A DNA stretch of 63,532 bases, filler included, from Octopus bimaculoides (GCF_001194135.2; 4 parts of 4 records of this genome joined end to end with filler, not necessarily neighbours in it), one strand, 5' to 3'. Counted from the whole stretch's first letter, positions 13,166 to 26,075 are shown. Notes: a model not told the origin generated them from the sequence alone. Numbers and translations: made by a program.

Positions 13166-13998
13166 CTGGTGTAAAAAGAAAAGAAAAAAAAGACAAAATA
13201 TCAAATTTAACACAAAGTACAAATATATAAATGTGGAAGCACATGGATTAGTCATTACGGAGTTGGTCTCATGAACATAAGATTGCAGTTTCAATTCCTG
13301 GCCTGGGAATACTACTATACTATACTATACATTAGATAATGTAGTCCTAGATACACTTTGCCTGAATTTTAAGATGGAATGCTCACAGCTCTCCTGAAAA
13401 AATGCATTTTCTTCTAAAACATTTTCCGTATTCCTACGTTTTAGATGTCGGAGATTATGAATATGCAAAACAAAACCCATATTTTTAAAAATTGTGTTAA
13501 CAAATATATTTCATGAATAAACGGATAGGGATAAATAGATAAATAAATAAATTGATGAAAAAATTCAAAATTTAAAATTGGGGGTGAAATTTGAGCCCTT
13601 TATTAAACCATATAACATTAACTATTCTCATAAAATGGTGTATATTTCATTTACATTTAATTATTATTAACGAGTATATAAGGCAAACAGAAGTAAAACG
13701 TAAATTCTTTTCACTTGAATGGCTTTGCCTAAATTTAATTTTGATTTGCATATGTTCGTCAATTCACTACAATCTCTTTTCATAGGTCTGTCTGGATCTG
13801 GACTGACCTAGGGCTAAACAAAAACTAGAGCCATCAGTACGAACTACTATACTGTACATTAGATAATGTAGTCCTAGATATACTATGCCTGAATAAAAGA
13901 TGGGATGGTCACAGCTGGAACATCTTTGATCATGGATCTATCTGGATAGGACTGACCTGGGGTTAAACAATAACAGGGGTTCCAGTATTTCTACTCAC

Positions 13999-14105
13999 CA
14001 TTCCAGGGGGTGGGGGCCCTCCAGGCTGTCGGGGTGGTGGACCTACAAGTGGGACACCGGGTGGTGGTGGCACAGGTGGAGGTGGACCTCCTGGTCGTGG
14101 GGGAC
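13999..14105 (-). CDS. Proline-rich protein gene, exon 2 (GPPRPGGPPPPVPPPPGVPLVGPPPRQPGGPPPPGM)
   Basis: Acceptor tttcttttgttgcag, donor gtgagt, 107 nt, phase 1 to phase 0. GC-rich open frame inside AT-rich repeat DNA. Confidence 0.9.
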
Positions 14106-14257
14106 CTGCAACAAAAGAAAGAAAGGAAGAAAGAAAGCATGAAGTTATCTACATTCAAAAATGTGTGTGTGCATATGTTTATGTCAGTGTGTGCATGTAT
14201 ATATACATGCACACATACAGGGATACATACATACACACACGTCTGTATGGAAGTATG

Positions 14258-14288
<31 letters not shown>

Positions 14289-14349
14289 ATGTATATATAT
14301 ATATATGCGTGTTTGTGTATAAATATAGGTGTGTGTGTATATATGTATG

Positions 14350-14381
<32 letters not shown>

Positions 14382-14957
14382 CGTGTGTGTATGTATAATA
14401 GACACAAGATGTGATCTATTTCTAGCACATTAATTGTCCACGTTAGTGGTCAACATTATTTTTTTTAAATGTACCTTAATCCCCTGAGATTGCAGATATT
14501 ATTTCTGAATCTCTTTGATTCTTTAGATGTGCTGGCCTCCTGATAATTAATCGATATTAATTAATACATGATTAATTACCAGATTTTATAATTATATATA
14601 TATATATATATATATATANNNNNNNNNNNNNNNNNNNNNNNNNNNNNNNNNNNNNNNNNNNNNNNNNNNNNNNNNNNNNNNNNNNNNNNNNNNNNNNNNN
14701 NNNNNNNNNNNNNNNNNNNNNNNNNNNNNNNNNNNNNNNNNNNNNNNNNNNNNNNNNNNNNNNNNNNNNNNNNNNNNNNNNNNNNNNNNNNNNNNNNNNN
14801 NNNNNNNNNNNNNNNNNNNNNNNNNNNNNNNNNNNNNNNNNNNNNNNNNNNNNNNNNNNNNNNNNNNNNNNNNNNNNNNNNNNNNNNNNNNNNNNNNNNN
14901 NNNNNNNNNNNNNNNNNNNNNNNNNNNNNNNNNNNNNNNNNNNNNNNNNNNNNNNNC

Positions 14958-15305
14958 TGTAATAAGTGTGTGAATCTAAGAAGGGAATATGTTGAATAAA
15001 AACTGTAGTTAAACTGATCCTCCTGTATTTTCTTTTACCCAAAGCCAAGAACTTTATCAGCATCCCTTCATATATATATACATATATATATACATACACA
15101 CACACACACACACACAAGGGGGTGCTGAAAAGGCCTGGTTGGAAGCCCAACTTTCTGTGTTCTTTTACAGGGCTTTGAAAAACTGAAGGACCGCTGTAAT
15201 AAGTGTGTGAATCTGAGAGGGGAATATGTTGAATAAAATCATAATTAACAGTTCCTCTTGTAGTTTCTTTTACCCAAAGCCAGGGACTTTCGAGTACCCC
15301 ATTGT
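14958..15305 (+). mobile_element. Two adjacent copies of the same mariner-derived MITE (one gap-truncated, one internally shortened)
   Basis: 14958-15072 and about 15115-15305 share aataagtgtgtgaatctgagaggggaatatgttgaataaaa with 1872-2089. The second copy reads GFEKLKDRCNKCVNLRGEYVE*. Confidence 0.75.
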
Positions 15306-15875
15306 ATTTTTTACGTGTTTTGCTCATTAGACTAGAGCCCATGCTGGGGCACCATCTCGAGGACAGTATGTTTTTTTTTTAAGTTTGGTATTTATTGTAT
15401 CACATATGCATATTTCCTTTTATCGTTTTACTTAATTCAGTCACTAAACAGAAACCATGCTAGAGCACTGCTGTCAAGTTGAATTGACCTCGGGGACTTA
15501 TCTTGGGATCAGGCACTTATTCTGCACTGCTAAATTATGGGAATGTAAATAAACCAACACTGGCTATAAGGCAATGGGATACAATCTACAATCACATTAC
15601 ATTTTATCTCGTTTCAGCTCACGAGCTGTGGCCATGCTGGGGCACCACCATTATTCATTTATTCTTTCACTTGACTGCGACCATGCTGGAGCACTTCCTT
15701 GAAGGGTTTTTGGTTAAACAAAAGGGTTTTAGCTGGACAAATCGACCCCAGGGAGTTTTTGTTTTTTTTCCAGCCAAGTACTTATTCTATCGTTTTTTTT
15801 TTTGTCCTTTGCTGAACTACTAAGTTACAGGGACGTAAACACACCAACAGCGGTTGTCATGTGGTGGGGGGGGGG

Positions 15876-15975
15876 NNNNNNNNNNNNNNNNNNNNNNNNN
15901 NNNNNNNNNNNNNNNNNNNTTAATTAATTAANNNNNNNNNNNNNNNNNNNNNNNNNNNNNNNNNNNNNNNNNNNN
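15876..15975. other. Synthetic 100-nt scaffold join (44N-TTAATTAATTAA-44N)
   Basis: Same structure at 32332-32431 and 41658-41757. The 12-mer gives stop codons in all six frames. Confidence 0.9.
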
Positions 15976-16979
15976 TATATATATATATATATGTATATAT
16001 ACATGCATATAAGGGTACAGGACATAGAAAACGTGAACAAATGAGAAACGAGAACATAAAAAACAAAAACATAGAAAACAAACTTTTTTTCGAACGACAA
16101 AAGAAACAAATAGAGAAACGAGACATGCAACATAAAGAACATTCCCTTAATAAGTTGTCCCCTGTTTTTTTCTACTCCGTGTTTCGAAGGTAGGGACAAG
16201 ATGCGACTTCGTTAAAACAAATCAAATAAAATGTGTGATTTTGCGGAGGGTTAAAGTGGTAACAAAAACAGGACAGTAAGAACAAAGCAGTAAAAACAAA
16301 CGGTGAGGGCTGTTAAGCCAAGACGAGGTGAAGTGGTTAACGCTGGTAAAACAAGCTTTGAGAAAGGACAGGCAAAAGCATGTCTTGTCTTTAGGAAATG
16401 GAAGAAAGATACACTCCTTGGTTAAGTCATATAGTTACAGAGAAAAATGTTTACCAACTACGCACAACGGAAACCTTTACTTTTATCTCGTTCGAACAAA
16501 ATATAGAATGTATTTCGAGGTTTCAAAACGGTAGCATACATAAATAGGTAAAAATACAACTTGTACCCCTACCAAACGCAGATTTCTATGCATTTTCTTA
16601 ATTCCACGAATACCTTATTTCTTATTTCTATTTAGATCACTATACTACACAATATATTTTACATAACTTCCTGTTCTTTTATTGACACAGCAATTTTCTA
16701 ACCCTTATTCATTTCGTTAATGTACAAATAAATCAATATGCTATTATTTAAACACAAATCTTTTGTTTTCGATTGATTCAAAATTTCACAACAGACAGCG
16801 TACATTACATCAAATGTTTGTAACGATCCATTGTTTTTGTCATTTGCATATATGATTGATTATTGTAACACTTCCACCTGCAGCTATACGTTTATTAATC
16901 ATTGTGATAATTCTCTATTAGTAAAATGAACTTATAATTCTAAGCTAAGTCTAATAATTCACCAATAACGAATTTTTAC

Positions 16980-16995
16980 CTGACCCGCCAGCCAT
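16980..16995 (-). CDS. Proline-rich protein gene, putative first coding exon (MAGGS-G)
   Basis: Minus strand reads gcgaaaATGGCTGGCGGGTCAG|gtaaaa: good Kozak context, GT donor, CpG-rich surroundings. Its phase 1 end matches the next exon. It is separated from exon 2 by a synthetic scaffold join at 15876-15975. Confidence 0.65.
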
Positions 16996-17100
16996 TTTCG
17001 CTACCGGTGGTTTGTTAATCGCCGTTTTTCTGTCAGCAGAGGGAAGATTTGTTTGTGTGCGGTTGATAGTGGATCCTTGCTATTGATGACGTGCAAAGAC
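16996..17100 (-). promoter_or_regulatory. Putative 5' UTR/core promoter of the proline-rich gene
   Basis: CpG-rich unique sequence directly upstream of the ATG, YY1-like GCCATTTT overlapping the start codon, and a CRE/bZIP-type GATGACGTG at about 17085-17093. Confidence 0.45.
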
Positions 17101-18848
17101 AGAGAAATCATGATCTAGCAATCCCACCACCACCACCATATATATNNNNNNNNNNNNNNNNNNNNNNNNNNNNNNNNNNNNNNNNNNNNNNNNNNNNNNN
17201 NNNNNNNNNNNNNNNNNNNNNNNNNNNNNNNNNNNNNNNNNNNNNNNNNNNNNNNNNNNNNNNNNNNNNNNNNNNNNNNNNNNNNNNNNNNNNNNNNNNN
17301 NNNNNNNNNNNNNNNNNNNNNNNNNNNNNNNNNNNNNNNNNNNNNNNNNNNNNNNNNNNNNNNNNNNNNNNNNNNNNNNNNNNNNNNNNNNNNNNNNNNN
17401 NNNNNNNNNNNNNNNNNNNNNNNNNNNNNNNNNNNNNNNNNNNNNNNNNNNNNNNNNNNNNNNNNNNNNNNNNNNNNNNNNNNNNNNNNNNNNNNNNNNN
17501 NNNNNNNNNNNNNNNNNNNNNNNNNNNNNNNNNNNNNNNNNNNNNNNNNNNNNNNNNNNNNNNNNNNNNNNNNNNNNNNNNNNNNNNNNNNNNNNNNNNN
17601 NNNNNNNNNNNNNNNNNNNNNNNNNNNNNNNNNNNNNNNNNNNNNNNNNNNNNNNNNNNNNNNNNNNNNNNNNNNNNNNNNNNNNNNNNNNNNNNNNNNN
17701 NNNNNNNNNNNNNNNNNNNNNNNNNNNNNNNNNNNNNNNNNNNNNNNNNNNNNNNNNNNNNNNNNNNNNNNNNNNNNNNNNNNNNNNNNNNNNNNNNNNN
17801 NNNNNNNNNNNNNNNNNNNNNNNNNNNNNNNNNNNNNNNNNNNNNNNNNNNNNNNNNNNNNNNNTATATATATATATATATATATATATATGGATTTCTT
17901 GTCAATAGAGAAAGAGCCGGTTTCTAACCTAGATCCAAAGCCCCTTCATTGGAATTTCAATCACATCAACAGGGTATTTTTGTATGTATGTATGTATGTA
18001 TACGTGCAGATTTATATATTTTTCTTTATGTATGTATTCTCATGCATGTATTTGCATATCTGGACATGCTCATATGTACTTAAATGATAAACCTCTGGAA
18101 AGTTTTACAGACCTTTTAAGGTTCCAGTGATGGCTTGGATCTGTAGACTTCGAATCAACTTTCTCCTTTCTGTTTTGAGAAGCCTAATTTCTCAAGATTG
18201 GTATTTAGGCAATATGTTACATATCCCAGTACGCCCAATAATTACAGCTATAAACCTGAACATGTATGCATGCAGGCATAGCCAAATGATTAAAAAATTT
18301 CGCTTAGCAATCATAATGTCACAGTTTGGTATCTTAGGCAAGTGTCTTTTACCATTGTCTCGAATTGACAAAAAGATCGAGATAACATCGGTTAGACAAA
18401 AACTCTGAAATCCCGCCGGATGAATCGTAAAAGAACGAGCATTGTCACCCACTATGTCACACCAATTCTATCAGAAAACTTACTACATGAAGGGTACATG
18501 GAGCATTCGGCTATAAACACACTAATTCAAGGAGTAGGTAGTTCAGTTTGGAATACTCGCCGTCGAGACCGACGGAAAACTATTTGCATTACATGTATAT
18601 ATAAGTAGGTTGTAATTGTAATTATATATACGCATATATGTATGTGCGTACATCTGTGTCTCGAAGTATATGTATGCGACATATTTTGTGCATGTTATGT
18701 ATGTGTTTTGATATGTCTAGTATTTGTGGCTCGTAGTTACTTTTAGAGAGAGAGAGAGAGAGAGAGAGGGGGGAGACAGAGAGAATGAAAGTAGACACAA
18801 AAAGAAATAAATAAAAAAAGAAGTTAAAGGTGACAGACAGTATTCATC

Positions 18849-18879
<31 letters not shown>

Positions 18880-19139
18880 AACATACATATATGTGTGTGT
18901 GTGTATATATCTATCTATATATCTATATATATATATATATGTATATATATATGGATGTGCGTGTGTATGTATGTATGTATGTATGTATGTATGGATGTAT
19001 ATATGTATATATGTATGAATGTATGTATGTATTGACTTTGAAGAATATTTAGTCACTGCTGAGCCATTCCCACGCTTTAATGGAACTTTTGATGAATTAG
19101 TTTTCAGAGGACAATATACACCATTTTTACAGCCTTTTG

Positions 19140-19625
19140 TACCTCTACATGGTTGCCGGATTTGCTAGAAATAGCTGCAAAAGTTCCCTAAAATCTCACC
19201 CTCTTGTCATAAGAAAAAGAGGTTAAAAAAGTGTTATATTAGAAATGTCATTTTAGACGCATTATATTTGAATAAATCTTCGCTCATCGAGCACCATGAC
19301 TGGATTAAGGCTGACCTAGGGTTAAACAACTACCAACAGTATCAACATGTGTTTTGTCGAGTCAACGAAGGAGCCACTATATGGCCGGTCCATCTGCTAG
19401 AAATAGCAGTTAAATTTCATTCTCTTGTCATACGCTATTCTTTTAAAAATGACAGAAAATATTGATCGTTGGAGACCTAGATAAAAATAAACCAAAAGAA
19501 AAAAAAAAAACAAAAAAGGCAAAAACATAACAAAAATCGAAAACAAAACAAACGGGATGATCACGGTTGGAATGCCGTTGATTATAAATCAGCATGATCA
19601 AGATAGTTTGGGGCTAAACAATGGC
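19140..19625 (+). mobile_element. Further interspersed repeat family ending ctgacctggggctaaacaacaac (two partial copies here; others at about 13300-13400, 13780-13975, 31880-32040 and 50415-50600)
   Basis: Recurring tgctagaaatagc and gataatgtagtcctagata blocks and a (CAA)n-like tail. Confidence 0.55.
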
Positions 19626-19745
19626 AACAATTCAACAATAACAAGAACTTGCATTTTGTATTTAAAAAAAACTGGAGTTAGAGGTTAGAAGCGAGAGAGA
19701 GACAGGAAGCAAGAAAGAAAGAAGGAGAGAGAGTGAGAGAGAAAG

Positions 19746-19790
<45 letters not shown>

Positions 19791-20263
19791 GTACGTCTAT
19801 GCAGATATTTTTTCTGACGCTGATTTGAATTCACTGACGAAATCAACAGAAGCATTGTTTGACAATAATCTATCCCAAAATAGCGGATACCTGGAAGGAT
19901 TTAAGATGCCGTTATTGCGAAATTTCCGTTTTCTTGGGAGTTTTATTTCTTGATGCTTCTATTTCGCTACTGTAAAGTGTTACAGTAAAGGAAAAAAAAA
20001 AAAAAAAAGAAATAGAAATATCGAACAGTAACAGTGTTTCTCGAACGGTACGTCACGGATTAAAAACAAATATATGATTGATTGCTTCCGAAAATCTACA
20101 TTAATGTATCGAAAGTAAAATCAGCATGAAAATTTAATGTGCTGAGAAACATATTCATAATTTTGTTATCATACCTGAGTATGATTAATGAAGCAAGGTA
20201 AGCCACAGTCTTCTATATTTTACTAAATTTTGATATATATATATATATATATATATCTTACTA

Positions 20264-20487
20264 GTGAAGGCGCAATGGGTTAGGGCAGCGGACTCGCAGT
20301 CATAGGATCGCGGTTTCGACTCCCAGACCTGGCGTTGTGAGTGTTTATTGAGCGAAAACACCTAAAGCTCCACGAGGTTCCGGCAGGGGATGGTGGCGAA
20401 CCCTGTTGTACTCTTTCACCACAACTTTCTCTCACTCTTACTTCCTGTTTCCGTTGTGCCTGTAATTCAAAGAGTCAGCCGCGTCAC
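20264..20487 (+). mobile_element. SINE family A, 5' part (gap-truncated)
   Basis: gaaggcgcaatgggttagggcagcggactcgc... colinear with the other family A copies. Confidence 0.85.
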
Positions 20488-21267
20488 NNNNNNNNNNNNN
20501 NNNNNNNNNNNNNNNNNNNNNNNNNNNNNNNNNNNNNNNNNNNNNNNNNNNNNNNNNNNNNNNNNNNNNNNNNNNNNNNNNNNNNNNNNNNNNNNNNNNN
20601 NNNNNNNNNNNNNNNNNNNNNNNNNNNNNNNNNNNNNNNNNNNNNNNNNNNNNNNNNNNNNNNNNNNNNNNNNNNNNNNNNNNNNNNNNNNNNNNNNNNN
20701 NNNNNNNNNNNNNNNNNNNNNNNNNNNNNNNNNNNNNNNNNNNNNNNNNNNNNNNNNNNNNNNNNNNNNNNNNNNNNNNNNNNNNNNNNNNNNNNNNNNN
20801 NNNNNNNNNNNNNNNNNNNNNNNNNNNNNNNNNNNNNNNNNNNNNNNNNNNNNNNNNNNNNNNNNNNNNNNNNNNNNNNNNNNNNNNNNNNNNNNNNNNN
20901 NNNNNNNNNNNNNNNNNNNNNNNNNNNNNNNNNNNNNNNNNNNNNNNNNNNNNNNNNNNNNNNNNNNNNNNNNNNNNNNNNNNNNNNNNNNNNNNNNNNN
21001 NNNNNNNNNNNNNNNNNNNNNNNNNNNNNNNNNNNNNNNNNNNNNNNNNNNNNNNNNNNNNNNNNNNNNNNNNNNNNNNNNNNNNNNNNNNNNNNNNNNN
21101 NNNNNNNNNNNNNNNNNNNNNNNNNNNNNNNNNNNNNNNNNNNNNNNNNNNNNNNNNNNNNNNNNNNNNNNNNNNNNNNNNNNNNNNNNNNNNNNNNNNN
21201 NNNNNNNNNNNNNNNNNNNNNNNNNNNNNNNNNNNNNNNNNNNNNNNNNNNNNNNNNNNNNNNNNNN

Positions 21268-21470
21268 TATACGTGTGTCTGTGTTTGTCTCCCCACCATC
21301 GCTTGACAACCGATGCTGGTGTGTTTACGTCCCCGTAATTTAGCAGTTCGGCAAAAGAGACCGATAGAATAAGTACTAGGCTTACAAAGAATAAAGTCCT
21401 GTGGTCGATTTGCTCGACTAAAGGCGGTGCTCCAGCATGGCCGCAGTGAAATGACTGAAACAAATGGAAG
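21268..21470 (+). mobile_element. SINE family B, 3' part
   Basis: ccaccatcgcttgacaaccgatgctggtgtgtttacgtccccgtaa...gcatggccgcagtgaaatgactgaaac. Confidence 0.85.
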
Positions 21471-21609
21471 AATATAAATAAATAAGTAAAAGAGTGGAAA
21501 TTTTACCGGTGCGTGTGTTAAATTCTAAGGCACAAAAAGGGAAGGACTCTCTCCAGACACAACAGAATATATACATGGTTTTCTCAAAAAGCAAAAGAAA
21601 AACATTTAT

Positions 21610-21652
<43 letters not shown>

Positions 21653-21761
21653 NNNNNNNNNNNNNNNNNNNNNNNNNNNNNNNNNNNNNNNNNNNNNNNN
21701 NNNNNNNNNNNNNNNNNNNNNNNNNNNNNNNNNNNNNNNNNNNNNNNNNNNNNNNNNNNNN

Positions 21762-21831
<70 letters not shown>

Positions 21832-22020
21832 CACGGATAAACTTCCCCATTTCTTGGGAACTTTTTGTATATATTTATCTTTCCTGTACATACCCCAAAC
21901 GTTTTCGATTCCTTTTGATCGTTGTCCCTTCTTTTTTTTTCTTTTGCCCCTATCGGAAAGAAAAACTCTACATTGTATTTGTCCCATCTGTGTTCAACCC
22001 TGTGTGGCTAATAAAGAAAG

Positions 22021-22092
<72 letters not shown>

Positions 22093-22335
22093 TTGTGTGG
22101 GTGTGTGGGTGTGTGTCTGAATTTGTCTTCCCCTCCACCATCGCTTGATGGTGGAGGGGTGTGTTTCTGTCCCACTAGCTTAGCGGTTCGGCAAAAGAAT
22201 CCCATAGATTAAGTACTAGGCTTACAAAGAATAAATCCTGGGGTCGATTTGTTCGACTAAAAGCGGTGCTCCAGTCAAATGACTGGAACAAATAGTTTAA
22301 ATCTTTTAGCACATGTATTAGATAACTAATACATA

Positions 22336-23363
22336 TTTATTACCTCCTTCTTAGCGAAGGCAGAGGTATTGTCTTCAATCGTGCTTGTTTGTCCTTAGAC
22401 AAGCTATCCCGAGAACCGCTGGATAGATTCGGATGAAACTTTCAGAGATGTATAGCCTCGTGACTGGCACGAACTGATTATATTTTGGGATCGATCCTGT
22501 ACCAGACAAGGATTCTAGATTATTTGTTATATTTACTTTACATGAAGCATAACAATCTTACGTTGACATCAAGTCTTTCTTTGATTTTCTCACTTGAAAG
22601 CACGTAAGTTATGGCAGCATTGCTGTTTCCAAAGTTTTATTTTCGTTCCTCTATTATTAATTTTACTCGCGTCTCTAACTTAGTAGAAACCGATGGATAA
22701 AGAAATCAAACTACATAAAGAAACGGCAGCAAAACCATTTAGAAATTAAATAACACTAACATATTCAGTAACAATTAATAAATTTAATTTATCCTCGACA
22801 ATTTCTAGTTTTACCAATTTTGAATATACTGGTCCTGTTTAAAGCCTCTTACCTACTTGACAATTGCATTTCTAGCTCTGCTTTGAAGGAAGCTTTCCTT
22901 CTTGACTCACGTTTTTGTGCACAACGATATTGTTAAACCTCCGTTAACAACACTGTATGCAGTCCTTTCCGTTTTCTTTCACGCACGGATAATTTTTTTA
23001 CTATAGACCTTAATGGTCGTAAAGACACTATATCAGTGGATAGACTAAAAAAAGTCTTCCATAGAGAAAACTGTCCACATTTCCCACTGCAGATGACACA
23101 CACACACAGCATTACAAACACGGCCCGCTCACCCACCTTCTCACTTCATGACTACCATTGGGATCAATTAGGTACCGGAGATTTTTTCCCCATTATTTTT
23201 ACTTAATTTTTGAGAGCGGTCGGGTTCATATTTAGTATTCTCGCTTGTGAGAGAAGTCGAGTTTATTTCAAATATTCACATTTTAAAAATCATCTCCGGC
23301 TAATCATTGTGAGGACGTTGGTGTTGCCTTGGTGGAGGTTTGTGCACTCTGAGTGCTCTTGTT
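22336..23363 (+). mobile_element. Probable Helentron-associated non-autonomous element (HINE/DINE-like)
   Basis: 5' ttattacctccttcttagcgaaggcagaggt internal palindrome. 3' ccttggtggaggt subterminal inverted repeat, then hairpin gcactc-t-gagtgc (23344-23356) and tcttgtt. Whether the interior belongs to one element is uncertain. Confidence 0.55.
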
Positions 23364-23789
23364 ATATGTTAACTGCATAGCGGTGGACTGGTAGAATTAT
23401 TAAGTTTCTCGTCATAAAAAAGATTGCGACCCAGGGCCATAGAAGAAGACATTGGCATAAGGTGCTGTACCGTGGAATTGAATCCAAAGCCTCATGGTTA
23501 CTAAGTAAACTTCTTACCACGCCTGCACCTATAACAGGAAGGAAGTTTCTTAACCAGGGTGTATAGAAATGTCTAAAATCACTTACTCTTTAAAATATTT
23601 AACTTTGGCTAAATCGCGTGGTTTTGTGATAAGAAATTTTGTAGTAAGATGTCTTCTACCATAGCCTCGCACCGACCAAAGCCTTGAGAGTGGATTTAGT
23701 AAACGGAAACTGAAAGAATCTCGTCGTCTATGTATGTATGTATGTATGTATGTATGTATGTATGTATGTACGTACGCATGTGTGTGTGT

Positions 23790-23977
23790 GTGGTAAGAAG
23801 CTTGCTTTCCAACCACATGGTTCCAGATTCAGTTCCACTGCGTGGCACCTTAGGCAAGTGTCTTCTACTATAGCCTCGGGCCGACCAAAGCCTTATGAGT
23901 GGATTTTGTAAACAGAAACTGAAAAAATCTATGTGTATATGTATGTATGTATGTCTGTCTGTCTGTATGTATGCATG

Positions 23978-24008
<31 letters not shown>

Positions 24009-24751
24009 NNNNNNNNNNNNNNNNNNNNNNNNNNNNNNNNNNNNNNNNNNNNNNNNNNNNNNNNNNNNNNNNNNNNNNNNNNNNNNNNNNNNNNNNNNNN
24101 NNNNNNNNNNNNNNNNNNNNNNNNNNNNNNNNNNNNNNNNNNNNNNNNNNNNNNNNNNNNNNNNNNNNNNNNNNNNNNNNNNNNNNNNNNNNNNNNNNNN
24201 NNNNNNNNNNNNNNNNNNNNNNNNNNNNNNNNNNNNNNNNNNNNNNNNNNNNNNNNNNNNNNNNNNNNNNNNNNNNNNNNNNNNNNNNNNNNNNNNNNNN
24301 NNNNNNNNNNNNNNNNNNNNNNNNNNNNNNNNNNNNNNNNNNNNNNNNNNNNNNNNNNNNNNNNNNNNNNNNNNNNNNNNNNNNNNNNNNNNNNNNNNNN
24401 NNNNNNNNNNNNNNNNNNNNNNNNNNNNNNNNNNNNNNNNNNNNNNNNNNNNNNNNNNNNNNNNNNNNNNNNNNNNNNNNNNNNNNNNNNNNNNNNNNNN
24501 NNNNNNNNNNNNNNNNNNNNNNNNNNNNNNNNNNNNNNNNNNNNNNNNNNNNNNNNNNNNNNNNNNNNNNNNNNNNNNNNNNNNNNNNNNNNNNNNNNNN
24601 NNNNNNNNNNNNNNNNNNNNNNNNNNNNNNNNNNNNNNNNNNNNNNNNNNNNNNNNNNNNNNNNNNNNNNNNNNNNNNNNNNNNNNNNNNNNNNNNNNNN
24701 NNNNNNNNNNNNNNNNNNNNNNNNNNNNNNNNNNNNNNNNNNNNNNNNNNN

Positions 24752-24808
<57 letters not shown>

Positions 24809-25030
24809 GTGTGTGTGTGTGTGTATCTGTGTGTATTTGGGTATCTGTGCTTGTCTCCTCACCATCGCTTGACAACCGATGTTGGTGTGTTTACTTCCCC
24901 GTAACATAGTGGTTCAGCGAAAGAGACCGATAAGTACTAGGCTTACAAAGAAAAAGTCCTGGGTTCGATTTGTTCGACTAAAGAGGTGCTCCAACGTGGC
25001 CACAGTCAAATGACTGAAACAAGTAAAAGG
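23790..25030 (+). mobile_element. SINE family B spanning an N gap in its internal microsatellite, preceded by a partial head copy at about 23650-23730
   Basis: Head at 23790-23935 and tail at 24830-25030, both matching other family B copies. Confidence 0.8.
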
Positions 25031-25065
25031 ATACACATACACACATATATATTCATACATGTATG

Positions 25066-25099
<34 letters not shown>

Positions 25100-26041
25100 T
25101 GTATATGTGTGTGTGTGTATGTGTGTGTGTGCCTTTGTGTTTGTGCTTTTCCCTCGCCACAGCTTGACAACAGGTGCTAGTGTGGTCACGTCCCCGCAAA
25201 CTAGCGGTTCGGCAATATGAAACCAATAGAATAAATGTCAGGATTAGAAAGAAATAAGCACTGGAGGCGATTCGTTCGACTGAAAATTTTTTTTAAGCGG
25301 TGCCACAGCATGGCCGCAGTTTAATGACTGTAACAAGTAAAAAATTGCAAGCACAAGGCCTGAAATCTTGCTGGGTGTGGTGGGGAATGCATAGATATAA
25401 CTACACTCCCCCAGCCATTTAAAAAAAACAAAAAACAAAAAACAAAAAACAAAAAAACAAACAAAACAAGGAAAAACACTCGTACAATATTTTATTCAAA
25501 TTTCCACATTTCGGTTGATGCAGACATTTTTTTTTGTTTCTTATGTTATTGTTAAACTCAGAACATGCATTAACATTTAAAACTTTTGAGTTCTTAATGT
25601 CATATAAAGCCGTCGATCCGATGTTATATCTGTCATTAACACACTTCTCATTCCTCCGTACTATTTTCTAAATTTTCTCTAATTTATAACTAAACTTTAG
25701 TGTTGTTATCCATTTTTTTTCTCAGTTACTTTAAACACCAAAATGGCGTATATAACAATGAACAACACTTAATGTCCGACATATTGTTTGCAGTGTTTAC
25801 TTTGCAGATAACAGCAGCGGATACACAGAAATTAGCGCGTTGTCAATAGTTTGCTTAACTTAACCTGCTTTTTTTTCATCTTCTATCTTTTACTTGCTTC
25901 AGTCAATGGCAAAGAAAGACCGATAGAATAAGTAATAGGCTTATAAAGAATAAGTCCTGGGGTCGAATTGTTCCACTAAAGGCGGTACTCCAGCATGGCC
26001 CGCAGTCAAATGACTGAAACAAATTAAAGAATAAAAGAACA

Positions 26042-26075
<34 letters not shown>

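Noticed and set aside
13075-14105. Naming the proline-rich gene CPSF6 or another splicing/3'-processing factor
   Set aside because: The PPRPDWDRP stretch recalled CPSF6-like proteins, but no RRM or other diagnostic domain is visible and the proline tract seems to start at residue 6. No symbol is justified.
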